Part shown: in pieces, positions 8,779-18,107 of the stretch | How positions within the stretch are numbered: position 1 is the stretch's first letter | How the letters are laid out: each line of letters opens with the position of its first letter | Assembly: GCF_001457615.1 (NCBI RefSeq) | Contig: NZ_LN831024.1 | Location: 6,240,001-6,272,000, forward strand | DNA from: Pseudomonas aeruginosa | GTDB lineage: Bacteria > Pseudomonadota > Gammaproteobacteria > Pseudomonadales > Pseudomonadaceae | Length of the DNA: 32,000 nt | Reading direction: 5' to 3' | The notes under the pieces: model-generated | Seen by the model: the letters and a program-made list of their open reading frames with translations, nothing else | The model's database searches: none | What the model was told of the DNA's origin: nothing | Program-made: the position numbers and the translations under genes

Positions 8779-8840
8779 CGTCCCGGCCGTACGTCTGCCT
8801 GCCGTGCCACGACAGAGGTCATTCGGCCGTTTGCGGGAAA

Positions 8841-8894
8841 TGTAGTGAAAAAAACATTCCGTCACATATTGAACAATCTGAAAAATTCACTACA
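8841..8894. promoter_or_regulatory. 9-bp inverted repeat pair bracketing the AT-rich promoter region of the RpiR-led operon (candidate operator)
   Basis: TGTAGTGAA (8841-8849) and TTCACTACA (8886-8894) are perfect reverse complements 36 bp apart. They lie 28-81 nt upstream of the ATG at 8922. Confidence 0.35.
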
Positions 8895-8921
8895 CAATCG
8901 ACCCACCTTCGAGGATGCCCC

Positions 8922-9779
8922 ATGCAAGAACTAAAACAACGCCTGGCCTCCCCGCCCGCCGAACTGACGCCCGCGGAGCGCAAGGTGGTGCGTGCCCTGC
9001 TCGATGACTACCCGCGCCTCGGCCTCGGTCCGATGACGCGCCTGGCCCGGCACGCCGGAGTCAGCGACCCGACGATCATGCGCCTGGTGAAAAAGCTCGG
9101 CTTCGCCGGCTACGGCGACTTCCAGGAAGCGCTGCTGGCCGACGTCGACGACCGCCTGCGCTCGCCGCGCACCCTGCTCGCCGAACGCCGCGAGCGGATG
9201 GGCCGCGACGACACCTGGGCGCGCTACCTCGACCAGGCTGGCCAGAGCCTGCAACAGACCCTCGGCCTGACCCGCCCCGATGACATCCAGCGCCTCGCCG
9301 ACTGGCTGCTCGACAGCCGCCTGCGCGTGCACTGCCACGGCGGACGCTTCAGCCGTTTCCTCGCCGGCTACCTGGTCACCCATCTGCGCCTGCTGCGCCC
9401 GCAGTGCCGATTGCTCGACGACGGCGCCCTGCTCCCCGACCAGCTCTACGACCTCGGCCGCCAGGACCTGCTGGTCCTGTTCGACTATCGCCGCTACCAG
9501 AGCCAGGCCCAGCACGTGGCCCAGGCCGCCAAGGCACGCGGCACACGGCTGGTGCTGTTCACCGACATCTACGCCTCGCCGCTGCGCGAACACGCCGACC
9601 TGATCGTCAGTTCGCCAGTGGAATCCGCCTCGCCCTTCGACTCGCTGGTGCCGGCCATGGCCCAGGTCGAGGCACTGGTAGCGACCCTGGTGGCGCGCAT
9701 GGGCGCGCCGCTCGACGAACGCCTGGAGGGCATCGACCAGCTCCGCAACGCGTTCAGCAGTCATATTCTGGAGGAATGA
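8922..9779 (+). CDS. RpiR/MurR-family transcriptional regulator (HTH_6 + SIS domain)
   Basis: N-terminal HTH (MTRLARHAGVSDPTIMRLVKKLGFAGY) and a C-terminal SIS-like Rossmann segment (LLVLFDYRRY ... TRLVLFTD). Confidence 0.85.
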   Translation: MQELKQRLASPPAELTPAERKVVRALLDDYPRLGLGPMTRLARHAGVSDPTIMRLVKKLGFAGYGDFQEALLADVDDRLRSPRTLLAERRERMGRDDTWARYLDQAGQSLQQTLGLTRPDDIQRLADWLLDSRLRVHCHGGRFSRFLAGYLVTHLRLLRPQCRLLDDGALLPDQLYDLGRQDLLVLFDYRRYQSQAQHVAQAAKARGTRLVLFTDIYASPLREHADLIVSSPVESASPFDSLVPAMAQVEALVATLVARMGAPLDERLEGIDQLRNAFSSHILEE

Positions 9780-9783
9780 CCCG

Positions 9784-10437
9784 ATGTTCAGCCTGCCCCA
9801 CCACTCGCCGCGCGACCTGCCATTCGGCCGCCGGCAGACCGCCATCCTGTTCGTCGACATGCAGCGTGCCTGGGTCGAGCCGGGGCGCGACCCGCACGTC
9901 GATCCGCAGGCAGCCGGTTACTTCTACGAGCGCGTGCAGAACCAGGTGATCCCCAACCAGCAGCGCCTGCTCAGGGCCATGCGCGCAGTGGACGAGAACG
10001 TCCTGCACACCGTCATCGAGAGCCTCACCGCCGATGGTCGCGACCGCTCGCTGGATCACAAGCTGTCGGAGATGCACCTGCCCAAGGGCAGCCCGGACGC
10101 CAGGGTGATCGACGCCCTGGAGCCGACCGCCAACGAGATCGTGCTGCCGAAGACTTCTTCCGGCGTTTTCAACTCCACCGCCATCGACTACGTACTGCGC
10201 AACCTCGGCACCCGCCACCTGATCGTCTGCGGGGTGGTCACCGACCAGTGCGTGGACATGGCCGTGCGCGATGCCGCCGACCGCGGTTACCTGGTCACCC
10301 TGGTCGAGGATGCCTGCGCCACCCATACCCCGGAACGCCACCAGGCCTGCCTGGAAGCGATCAAGGGCTACTGCTGGATCAGCGACACCGAGACCGTCCT
10401 GCAACGCATCGCCGCCCTCGGCCGGAGCAACCTGTGA
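9784..10437 (+). CDS. Isochorismatase-family cysteine hydrolase
   Basis: AILFVDMQ (Asp), ... LPKTSSGVF (Lys), ... LIVCGVVTDQCVDMAVRDA (Cys) form the family's catalytic triad context. Starts 4 nt after the rpiR-like stop. Confidence 0.85.
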   Translation: MFSLPHHSPRDLPFGRRQTAILFVDMQRAWVEPGRDPHVDPQAAGYFYERVQNQVIPNQQRLLRAMRAVDENVLHTVIESLTADGRDRSLDHKLSEMHLPKGSPDARVIDALEPTANEIVLPKTSSGVFNSTAIDYVLRNLGTRHLIVCGVVTDQCVDMAVRDAADRGYLVTLVEDACATHTPERHQACLEAIKGYCWISDTETVLQRIAALGRSNL

Positions 10438-11765
10438 ACCGCCTGCAGCCGGTACGCCTGGTCAGCTTCGTCACCACCGACCTGGCCGGCATCACCCGCG
10501 GGCGTTCGCTGCCCCTGGCGACCCTGGAGGAGCAATTGGCCAGCGGTTGCGGCTGGGTACCGGCGAACAGCTCGCTGACCCCCCAGGACCTGATCGACGA
10601 GAGCAGCCCCTGGGGCAGCCACGGCGACCTGCGCCTGCTGCCCGACCCGAACAGCCGGGTGCGCGTCGAGCAGGGTCCCGACGCCGCTGCGCCGGCGCTC
10701 GACTACCTGCACGGCAACCTGGTGGAAACCGACGGCACGCCGTGGCCGGCCTGCCCGCGCAGCCTGCTGCGGGCCGAGGTGGAACGCTATCGCGACAGCG
10801 GCCTGCAGGTCATCGCGGCGTTCGAACACGAATTCAGCCTGCTCGGCCTGCCCGGCGAGCGTCCGGCCGCGGCGTTTTCGCTGCAGGCCCAGCGTGCCGC
10901 CGGGCAGTTCCCCGGCTGGCTGGTCAGCGCCCTGGCCCAGGCTGGCACCGAGCCGGAGATGTTCCTCCCCGAATACGGCCAGCGCCAGTACGAGGTCACC
11001 TGCCGCCCGGCGCAGGGCGTGGCCGCCGCCGACCGCGCGGTGAACGTCCGCGAGGTCACTCGCGAAGTGGCGCGACAGATGGGCCTGCGTACCTGCTTCG
11101 CACCGCTGCCGGCACCCGGCGCGGTGACCAACGGGGTGCACCTGCACCTGAGCCTGCAACATGCCGACGGTAGCCCGCTGCTGTACGAGCCCGGTCGACC
11201 CAACGATCTCTCCGAACTCGGCGAGCACTGGGCCGCCGGCGTGCTCGCGCACCTGCCAGCGCTGTGCGCGCTGACCGCGCCTACCGCCGCCTCCTACCTG
11301 CGCCTGAAACCCCACCACTGGAGCGCCGCCTACGCCTGCCTGGGACTGCGCAACCGCGAAGCGGCGCTGCGCATCTGCCCGGTGGTGAGCGTCGGCGGCA
11401 AGCCGCTGGGCAAGCAGTACAACCTGGAATTCCGGCCGATGGACGCCACCGCCTGTCCGCACCTGGCGATGGCCGCGGTGCTGATCGCCGGCCGCCTGGG
11501 CATCGAACGACGCCTGCCGCTGCGCGCCCTGGCCGATATCGATCCGCACGGCCTCAGCGACGAAGAGCGCCAGGCCCGCGGCATCCAGGCCCTGCCGGCG
11601 ACCCTCGGCGATGCGCTCGACTGCCTGCAACGCGACGAGGCGCTCTGTGCCGAGCTGCCAAAGCCGCTGCTGGACACCTACCTCGCCATGAAGCGCCACG
11701 AACTGGCGCTGACGGCGGGCCTTTCCGACGACGACCTGTGCCGCCACTATGCCGAGCTCTACTGA
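10434..11765 (+). CDS. pauA6: Glutamine-synthetase-like ATP-dependent gamma-glutamyl ligase (Pau/PuuA-type homologue; physiological amine unknown)
   Basis: GTG at 10434 overlaps the upstream stop (GTGA), giving 443 aa. GS beta-grasp plus catalytic domain (AAFEHEFSLLG, NGVHLHLSL, EFRPMDA). Symbol comes from memory of the P. aeruginosa pauA1-7 naming in ascending locus order, with moderate certainty. Confidence 0.82.
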   Translation: MNRLQPVRLVSFVTTDLAGITRGRSLPLATLEEQLASGCGWVPANSSLTPQDLIDESSPWGSHGDLRLLPDPNSRVRVEQGPDAAAPALDYLHGNLVETDGTPWPACPRSLLRAEVERYRDSGLQVIAAFEHEFSLLGLPGERPAAAFSLQAQRAAGQFPGWLVSALAQAGTEPEMFLPEYGQRQYEVTCRPAQGVAAADRAVNVREVTREVARQMGLRTCFAPLPAPGAVTNGVHLHLSLQHADGSPLLYEPGRPNDLSELGEHWAAGVLAHLPALCALTAPTAASYLRLKPHHWSAAYACLGLRNREAALRICPVVSVGGKPLGKQYNLEFRPMDATACPHLAMAAVLIAGRLGIERRLPLRALADIDPHGLSDEERQARGIQALPATLGDALDCLQRDEALCAELPKPLLDTYLAMKRHELALTAGLSDDDLCRHYAELY

Positions 11766-12501
11766 CAACCCCGAACTCGGCATCTACCAGCTGCCGCCCT
11801 ACCACCTGCTCAATCCCCAAGGGCGCAGCCCGCTGGTCCTGGTCTGCGAGCATGCCAGCCGGCACATTCCGCTGGAGTTGCAGCGCCTCGGCCTGGACCA
11901 GGCCGCGGCGGAAGAACACATCGCCTGGGATATCGGCGCCCTGGCGCTGGCCGAAGAGCTTTCCCGGCGACTCGACGCGCCATTGCTGGCGGCCGGCTAC
12001 TCGCGTCTGCTGATCGACCTGAACCGACCGCTGGAGGCGCCCGACAGCATTCCGCCGCACAGCGAGGTCTACCCCGTTCCCGGCAACCGCGAGCTGTCCG
12101 AGACGGTGCGCCGCTATCGCCAGGATTGCCTGTTCCATCCGTTCCACCAGCGCCTGACGCAACTGCTCGACGAGCGCCAGGCCGCCGGCGTGCCGACCCG
12201 CGTGGTCGGCGTGCACAGTTTTACCCCGGTGTACCACGGCAGACCCCGCCCGCTGGTTGCCGGGGTGCTTTATCGCAACGCCGGCGCCTACGCCAGGCGC
12301 ATCCTCGACGGTTTGCGCCGGCACGGCCTGGAAGTCGCCGGCAACCAGCCCTATGCGATCGACCCGGCGGAAGACACTACCGTTCCGGTGCATGGCGACG
12401 CACGCGGTCTGGAAGCGGTGCTGCTGGAGATCCGCAACGATGGATTGCGCACGCCGGATGCGGTGTACGCCTGGGCCGAGCGTCTGTATCCCTGGCTCTG
12501 A
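11749..12501 (+). CDS. N-formylglutamate amidohydrolase (HutG/FGase) family protein
   Basis: PLVLVCEHASRHIP, GYSRLLIDLNR and VGVHSFTP are family-typical. Overlaps the GS-like gene by 17 nt. Confidence 0.8.
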   Translation: MPSSTDNPELGIYQLPPYHLLNPQGRSPLVLVCEHASRHIPLELQRLGLDQAAAEEHIAWDIGALALAEELSRRLDAPLLAAGYSRLLIDLNRPLEAPDSIPPHSEVYPVPGNRELSETVRRYRQDCLFHPFHQRLTQLLDERQAAGVPTRVVGVHSFTPVYHGRPRPLVAGVLYRNAGAYARRILDGLRRHGLEVAGNQPYAIDPAEDTTVPVHGDARGLEAVLLEIRNDGLRTPDAVYAWAERLYPWL

Positions 12502-12602
12502 TGCGATGACCGGCGCCGCCGGTCGCCAACAACGAGAAAGAGGCCCGCTTCGCGTGCGGCGCCGATAACGACAATACGCTGCCTTTTCCCGAGGAGCCCG
12601 TC

Positions 12603-13952
12603 ATGGCCATCGAACAGTTCGGATACCGGCAACAGCTGCGCCGCAGCCTGTCCCTGAGCGACCTGATCATCTACGGGATGATCTTCATGATCCCCATCGC
12701 CCCGTTCGGGGTCTACGGCTGGGTCCATGCCGACGCCCACGGCATGGTGCCGATGGCCTACCTGGTGGGCATGCTGGCGATGCTCTTCACCGCCCTCAGC
12801 TACGGAGCCATGGCCAAGGCCTTTCCGATTGCCGGCTCGGTGTATTCCTACGCCCAGCGCGGCATCCACCCCCATGTCGGCTTCATCGCCGGCTGGGTGC
12901 TGCTGCTCGACTACCTGCTGATCCCGCCGCTGCTCTACGTGTTCAGCGCGCTGGCGCTGAACCACTTGTTCCCGGCGATCCCCAAGCTGGCCTGGATGCT
13001 GCTGTTCCTGGTCTCGGCGACCCTGGTCAACCTGCGCGGCATCACCTTCGCCGCCCGCGCCAACCTGTTGTTCCTGATCGGAGAGCTGGTGGTGCTGGCG
13101 ATCTTCCTGGTGGTCGGCTACCAGGCGCTGGAAGGCGGCCTGGGCAACGGCCGGCTGACCCTCGAACCGCTGTATCGCCCGGAAGCCTTCGATCTCGGCC
13201 TGGTAATGAAGGCCGCCTCGATCGCCGTACTGTCGTTCCTCGGCTTCGACGCCATCTCCACCCTCGCCGAGGAGGTCAAGGGCGATCCCGCCCGGCAGAT
13301 CGGCCGCGCCGCGCTGATCGCGCTGTTCATCATGGGCGGCATCTTCATCGCGCAGACCTGGCTGGCCACCGACCTCGCCGCCGGGATGAACTTCAAGTCG
13401 GCGGACACCGCCTTCTACGAGATCGCCGAAGCGGCCGGTGGCCAGTGGCTGTCGATGCTGACCGCGGTAGCCACCGCGCTGGCCTGGGGTGTCACGGTGT
13501 CGATCACCTCGCAGGCAGCGGTCTCGCGCCTGCTCTACTCGATGGCCCGCGACGGCAGGCTGCCGCGCGCGCTGGCCAGGGTCCATCCGCGCTACCAGAC
13601 GCCGCACGTCAGCCTGTACCTGGTGGCGGTGCTGTCGCTGGGAATCGGCTGGGCCTTCCTCGACGCACCGGACGTGCTCACCTCACTGGTGAACTTCGGT
13701 GCCCTCACCGGCTTCTGCCTGCTGCACCTGAGCGTGATCAACCACTACTACCGCCGCCAGCGCTCCGGCCAGTGGTTGCGGCATCTACTGTTCCCGCTGG
13801 TGGGCCTGGCGATCATCGCCTACGTGCTGTACAGCATGAGCCTCGACGCACAGTTGCTCGGACTGGCCTGGATCGCGGTGGGGCTGGTCTACCTGGCGTT
13901 GCTGCAACGCGGCGGGCGCCAGGCGCCAACGGAGTTGGCGAAGGATCTCTGA
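12603..13952 (+). CDS. APC-superfamily amino acid/polyamine permease (PuuP-like)
   Basis: 449 aa with about 12 TM segments. N-terminus LSLSDLIIYGMIFMIPIAPFGVYG is typical of APC permeases. GAGGAG lies 7 nt upstream of the ATG. Confidence 0.87.
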   Translation: MAIEQFGYRQQLRRSLSLSDLIIYGMIFMIPIAPFGVYGWVHADAHGMVPMAYLVGMLAMLFTALSYGAMAKAFPIAGSVYSYAQRGIHPHVGFIAGWVLLLDYLLIPPLLYVFSALALNHLFPAIPKLAWMLLFLVSATLVNLRGITFAARANLLFLIGELVVLAIFLVVGYQALEGGLGNGRLTLEPLYRPEAFDLGLVMKAASIAVLSFLGFDAISTLAEEVKGDPARQIGRAALIALFIMGGIFIAQTWLATDLAAGMNFKSADTAFYEIAEAAGGQWLSMLTAVATALAWGVTVSITSQAAVSRLLYSMARDGRLPRALARVHPRYQTPHVSLYLVAVLSLGIGWAFLDAPDVLTSLVNFGALTGFCLLHLSVINHYYRRQRSGQWLRHLLFPLVGLAIIAYVLYSMSLDAQLLGLAWIAVGLVYLALLQRGGRQAPTELAKDL

Positions 13953-13970
13953 CGCCTCGCGAGGACTGGT

Positions 13971-15314
13971 TCAGGCCGGCTCTTCGCCGACGAAATCGCT
14001 GCGGCTGAGGCCATGCCGCAGCATCTTTTCGTTGAGTGTCCGGCGCGGCAGTTGCAGCAACTCCATCACCGCCTTGATATCCCCGCGGCACTGGCCGAGC
14101 GCCTGGCGCAGGCACTCCGCCTCGAAGGCTTCCATGCGTTCCGCCAGCCCCGAGGTGAGGCCGCCGCCTTCCTCGGCGTCCCCACGCTCCAGGCCGAGGA
14201 CATGGCGCTCGGCGGCGTTGGCCAGCTCGCGTACATTGCCCGGCCAGTCGTGGGCCATCAGCCGCGCCAGTTCCGCCGGCGCGGCGGGCTGCGGCTCGCG
14301 GCCGAGGCGCTGGCTGGCAACGCTGGCGAAATGTTCGAAGAGCAGCGGGATGTCCTCGCGACGCTCGCGGATCGGCGGCAGGCGCAGCTCGGCGACGTTC
14401 AGGCGATACACCAGGTCCTCGCGGAAGCGTCCGGCACGTGCTTCGGCCAGCAGGTCGGGCTTGGTCGCGGCAATCACCCGCAGGTCGACGTGGATACTCT
14501 GGTTCGAGCCAAGCCGCTCCAGTTGCTGCTCCTGCAGGACGCGCAGCAGCTTGACCTGCTGCGCCAACGGCATGCTTTCGATCTCGTCGAGGAACAGGGT
14601 GCCGCCATGGGCATGCTCGAGCTTGCCGATGCGCTTGCCCTGCGCGCCGGTGAAGGCGCCGCTCTCATGACCGAACAGCTCGCTCTCGAACAATTGCTCG
14701 GGAATCGCCGCGCAGTTCAGCGCCACGAACGGCTTGTCGGCGCGCGGCCCGAAGTCGTGCAGGCAGCGGGCAACCAGTTCCTTGCCGCTGCCGGTCTCGC
14801 CACGGATCAGGACGTTCACCGGGGTCGGCGCCAGGGCCAGAACCTGCCGGCGCAACGCTTCCATCGGCTTGGACACGCCGAGCAGACGCGCATCGACCTG
14901 GTCCTTGAGACTGGCCTGCTCCTTCAGGCGCCGATTCTCCAGCACCAGGCGGCGCTTTTCCAGCGCGCGCCGCAAACTGCCGAGCAGGCGCTCGGGCGTG
15001 AAGGGTTTCTCGATGAAGTCGTAGGCACCCTGGCGCATGGCCTCCACCGCCATCGGCACGTCGCCGTGCCCGGTGACCATGATCACCGGCAGGTCGCGAT
15101 CGACCGCCTGCAGGTTGGCGAGCAGTTGCAGGCCGTCCATGCCGGGCATGCGCACATCGCTGATGACCACCCCGGCGAAGGACTTGTCCAACGCTCCCAG
15201 GCATTCCTCGGCGCGCAGGCACAGGCGCACCTCGAAGCCCGACAGCTCCAGCCATTGCTGCACCGCTTCGCGGATCGTCGCTTCGTCGTCGACGAAGATC
15301 ACCTGGTCGCTCAT
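13971..15314 (-). CDS. mifR: NtrC-family sigma54-dependent response regulator MifR
   Basis: Receiver domain ([12 protein letters not shown]), AAA+ domain with Walker A GETGSGKE and the sigma54-contact GAFTGA motif (ESGAFTGAQ), C-terminal Fis-type HTH. Its ATG overlaps the mifS stop (ATGA at 15314-15311). Confidence 0.9.
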   Translation of the reverse strand: MSDQVIFVDDEATIREAVQQWLELSGFEVRLCLRAEECLGALDKSFAGVVISDVRMPGMDGLQLLANLQAVDRDLPVIMVTGHGDVPMAVEAMRQGAYDFIEKPFTPERLLGSLRRALEKRRLVLENRRLKEQASLKDQVDARLLGVSKPMEALRRQVLALAPTPVNVLIRGETGSGKELVARCLHDFGPRADKPFVALNCAAIPEQLFESELFGHESGAFTGAQGKRIGKLEHAHGGTLFLDEIESMPLAQQVKLLRVLQEQQLERLGSNQSIHVDLRVIAATKPDLLAEARAGRFREDLVYRLNVAELRLPPIRERREDIPLLFEHFASVASQRLGREPQPAAPAELARLMAHDWPGNVRELANAAERHVLGLERGDAEEGGGLTSGLAERMEAFEAECLRQALGQCRGDIKAVMELLQLPRRTLNEKMLRHGLSRSDFVGEEPA

Positions 15315-17077
15315 GTCGTTACGCTCGTGTCATCGGGGGCCGCCGGCAGGATCAGGCTGAACACCGCTCCCGCCTCGGCATTGGCGACCTGCAGGCGGCC
15401 GCCGAGTTCGTGGACGATCCCATAGGATACCGCCAGGCCGAGGCCGAGTCCCTCTCCCACCGGCTTGGTGGTGAAGAACGGATCGAAGACGCTGCCCAGG
15501 TGCTCGGCGGGAATCCCGCCGCCGTTGTCGGCGACGCTCAGCACCCAGTCGCCGCCAAGCCGTTGCAGGGCCAGGCGGATCCATGGCCGCTCCTGGCCGG
15601 CAACGGCATCCAGTGCGTTGCGCAGCAGGTTGACCAGCACCTGTTCCAGGCGGATCGCGTCACCCATCACCCAGGCCGGCCAGAGCAGCGCCTGCTCGAT
15701 CTCCACCCGTTCGGCGCGGATTCGCGGCAGCAACAACTGCTGCGCCTGTTCGACCACGTGACCCAACTCGATACGCTCGCGCAGGCCGCCGGCGCTCTTG
15801 CGCGCGAAGGTCTTCAGGTGGCCGGTGAGCGCGGCCATGCGTTCGAGCATCTGGTCGATGCGCGGCAACGCCTGGCGCGCCTCGTCGTGGCGTCCGGCGT
15901 CGAGCAGCAGGCGCAGGCTGGCCAGTTGCATGCGCTGGGCGGTGAGCGGCTGGTTGATCTCATGGGCCAGGGCTGCCGACATCTGCCCCAGGGCGGCCAG
16001 CTTGGCCGCCTGCACCAGGCCGTCCTGCGCGGTACGCAGGTCGGCGGTGCGCTGCTCGACCAGGCGCTCCAGCTCCTCCCGGCTACGTTGCCGCAGGCGG
16101 GCGATACGCCAGCGCTGGTGCAGGAACAAGCCGAGGAAGACCAGCGCCAGCCAGGTGCCGGCGGCGGCCAGGCGCGCGGTGGCGACGTCGTCCTGGATGC
16201 TCGCGGTGTCGCGCAGCAAGTGGAGGGTCCAGCCGTCGTTGGGCAGGTCCAGCGATTGCCAGAGGTAGTCCTTCTCGCCGTCGGCGCTTTCCACCCGCGC
16301 CAGACGGCTGTCTTCGCCGTAGCTGCGCAAGGTCTGGTGGCGCAGGGGTGTCAGGGGCTGGCGATCGTATTGCCGGGTCTCCGCCAGTTCGAAGCGGTCC
16401 ACGGTATCCAGCGGTTCCAGTTCGCGGTAGCGCCAACCGGCGTGGTTGGCGAGGAACACGATGCCCTTGGCGTCGCTGGCCAGGACCAGGTCGGGGGTCT
16501 GGTTCCACTGCCGTTCCAGATCGGGAAACTCCAGCTTGACCACGATTGCGCCCAGGAAGCTGCCGTCCTCGGCGCGCACCGCGTGGGACAGGAAATAACC
16601 GGGAATCCCGCTGATCACCCCGACCGCATAGAAACGTCCGGAGCCTTGGGCGATGGTCTGGCGGAAATAGGGACGGAAACCGTAATTGTGGCCCACGTAG
16701 CTGGTCGGCAGGTTCCAGTTGCTCGCCGCCACGGCCAGCCCGGTACGGTCGAGCAGCTCCAGGGTGGAGGAGCGGGCGGCCAGGTTGATGCTTTCCAGCT
16801 TGAGGTTGAGGCGCTGCTGCAACTCGCCGTCGATCGGCCCGGCCAGCGCCGCGCGCAGGTCCGGATCCAGCGCCAGTACCGCCGGCAGGCTGCGGAAGCG
16901 TTCGATCAGGGTCTGCAGCGAGCCGGCGTAGAGGTCCAGCTGCTTGCGCACCTGTTCGCCCTCGGCGCGTAGCGCCTGCTGCCGCGCCTGGCGACCCGCC
17001 CAGTCCATGGACAGCAGCAGGCCGCCGAGCAGCGGCAGCAACAGCAGGAACAGGCGCAGCGGACGGGACAAGGACAT
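15311..17077 (-). CDS. mifS: DctB-like sensor histidine kinase MifS
   Basis: N-terminal TM, a roughly 270-aa periplasmic sensor region, a second TM ([11 protein letters not shown]), H-box [12 protein letters not shown], and an ATPase domain ([18 protein letters not shown]). Confidence 0.9.
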   Translation of the reverse strand: MSLSRPLRLFLLLLPLLGGLLLSMDWAGRQARQQALRAEGEQVRKQLDLYAGSLQTLIERFRSLPAVLALDPDLRAALAGPIDGELQQRLNLKLESINLAARSSTLELLDRTGLAVAASNWNLPTSYVGHNYGFRPYFRQTIAQGSGRFYAVGVISGIPGYFLSHAVRAEDGSFLGAIVVKLEFPDLERQWNQTPDLVLASDAKGIVFLANHAGWRYRELEPLDTVDRFELAETRQYDRQPLTPLRHQTLRSYGEDSRLARVESADGEKDYLWQSLDLPNDGWTLHLLRDTASIQDDVATARLAAAGTWLALVFLGLFLHQRWRIARLRQRSREELERLVEQRTADLRTAQDGLVQAAKLAALGQMSAALAHEINQPLTAQRMQLASLRLLLDAGRHDEARQALPRIDQMLERMAALTGHLKTFARKSAGGLRERIELGHVVEQAQQLLLPRIRAERVEIEQALLWPAWVMGDAIRLEQVLVNLLRNALDAVAGQERPWIRLALQRLGGDWVLSVADNGGGIPAEHLGSVFDPFFTTKPVGEGLGLGLAVSYGIVHELGGRLQVANAEAGAVFSLILPAAPDDTSVTT

Positions 17078-17158
17078 CGGCGGATCGAAACGGCGGCGGG
17101 AAGCGGCGACGATAGCACGGCGCCCGGTTACACTGCGCGCCGTACGAGGAGTCCGCCC

Positions 17159-18037
17159 ATGTCGCTATCCCCCTGGTCCCATTCCTGCTCGGCCGGTTTC
17201 ACCCTGCGCGGCTGGCGCAGCGAACCGAGCGGCAAGCCGTTGCTGCATTTCCTCCATGGCAACGGCTTCTGCGGCCGCACCTACGAACCGATGCTGCGTC
17301 TGTTGGCGGAGGATTTCGACCTCTGGCTGTGCGACATCCAGGGCCACGGCGAAAGCGACCACGGCGGCCGCTTCCACGGCTGGAACCGCAACGCCGAGAT
17401 GGCGGTGGAGGCCTTCGAGGCCGGGCGCGGTCCCTATGGAGATGTCCAGCGACTGGCCTGCGGGCACAGCTTCGGCGGCGTCCTCAGCAGCCTCGTCCTG
17501 GCCCGCCATCCCACCCTGTTCGCCCGCGCCGTGCTGCTCGACCCGGTACTGTTCACCCCGGCGATGATCGGCGTGATGGCACTTTCCGAGACCCTCGGCC
17601 TGCAATTGCGCGGCAGCCTGGCGAAGAAGGCGCGCCTGCGCCGCAGCCAGTGGCCCGATCGCGCAGCCGCCTACGCCGGCTTGCGCGGCCGCGGTATCTT
17701 CAAGGGCTGGACCGACGAGGCGCTGTGGGCCTACGTGGAATATGCGCTGAAGGAGAGCGACGGCGGAGTCGAGCTGAAGTGCCGGCCAAGCCGCGAAGCG
17801 GAGATCTTCAGCTCCTTCCCCAGGCGGCTGTGGCCGTCGCTGGGCAAGATCACCACGCCGACCCGCGTGCTCTACGGTGACCGCACCTACCCTTTCGTCG
17901 CCAAGTCGGTGGCGCGCTGGTGCTCGCTCAACCCCCAGGTCAGCGCCCACGTGGTGGTCGGCGGCCACTGCTTCATGCAGGAAGACCCGGCCGATGCCGC
18001 CGAACGCGTACGCGACTTTCTCCTGCCCAATCCATGA
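17159..18037 (+). CDS. poxA: Alpha/beta-fold hydrolase (first gene of the poxAB pair)
   Basis: HG oxyanion motif (LHFLHGNGF), nucleophile elbow GHSFGG, GAGGAG Shine-Dalgarno. Symbol is from memory of the PA5513/PA5514 naming. Confidence 0.78.
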   Translation: MSLSPWSHSCSAGFTLRGWRSEPSGKPLLHFLHGNGFCGRTYEPMLRLLAEDFDLWLCDIQGHGESDHGGRFHGWNRNAEMAVEAFEAGRGPYGDVQRLACGHSFGGVLSSLVLARHPTLFARAVLLDPVLFTPAMIGVMALSETLGLQLRGSLAKKARLRRSQWPDRAAAYAGLRGRGIFKGWTDEALWAYVEYALKESDGGVELKCRPSREAEIFSSFPRRLWPSLGKITTPTRVLYGDRTYPFVAKSVARWCSLNPQVSAHVVVGGHCFMQEDPADAAERVRDFLLPNP

Positions 18038-18107
18038 ACGCTCCTTCCGTGGGGAATCCGGCGCTCATCCATCGGTCCCAGGGAGGATGACCCCACAGGA
18101 CCGAGCC

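Noticed and set aside
10368-13607. Long minus-strand ORFs 10368..11783 (471 aa), 11554..12393 and 12351..13607 (418 aa)
   Set aside because: They lie antisense to the GS-like, FGase-like and permease genes, which carry family motifs. The reverse-frame products are Arg/Gly/Gln-rich with no recognisable features.
14013-16972. Plus-strand ORFs 14013..15425 (470 aa) and 15410..16972 (520 aa)
   Set aside because: Antisense shadows of mifR and mifS, whose receiver, AAA+, HisKA and HATPase motifs are unambiguous on the minus strand.
18087-18107. Alternative poxB start at ATG 18087 directly after GGGAGG
   Set aside because: The SD-like GGGAGG abuts the ATG with no spacing. ATG 18108 has AGGA at 7 nt and yields the signal peptide and 262-aa length I associate with OXA-50.
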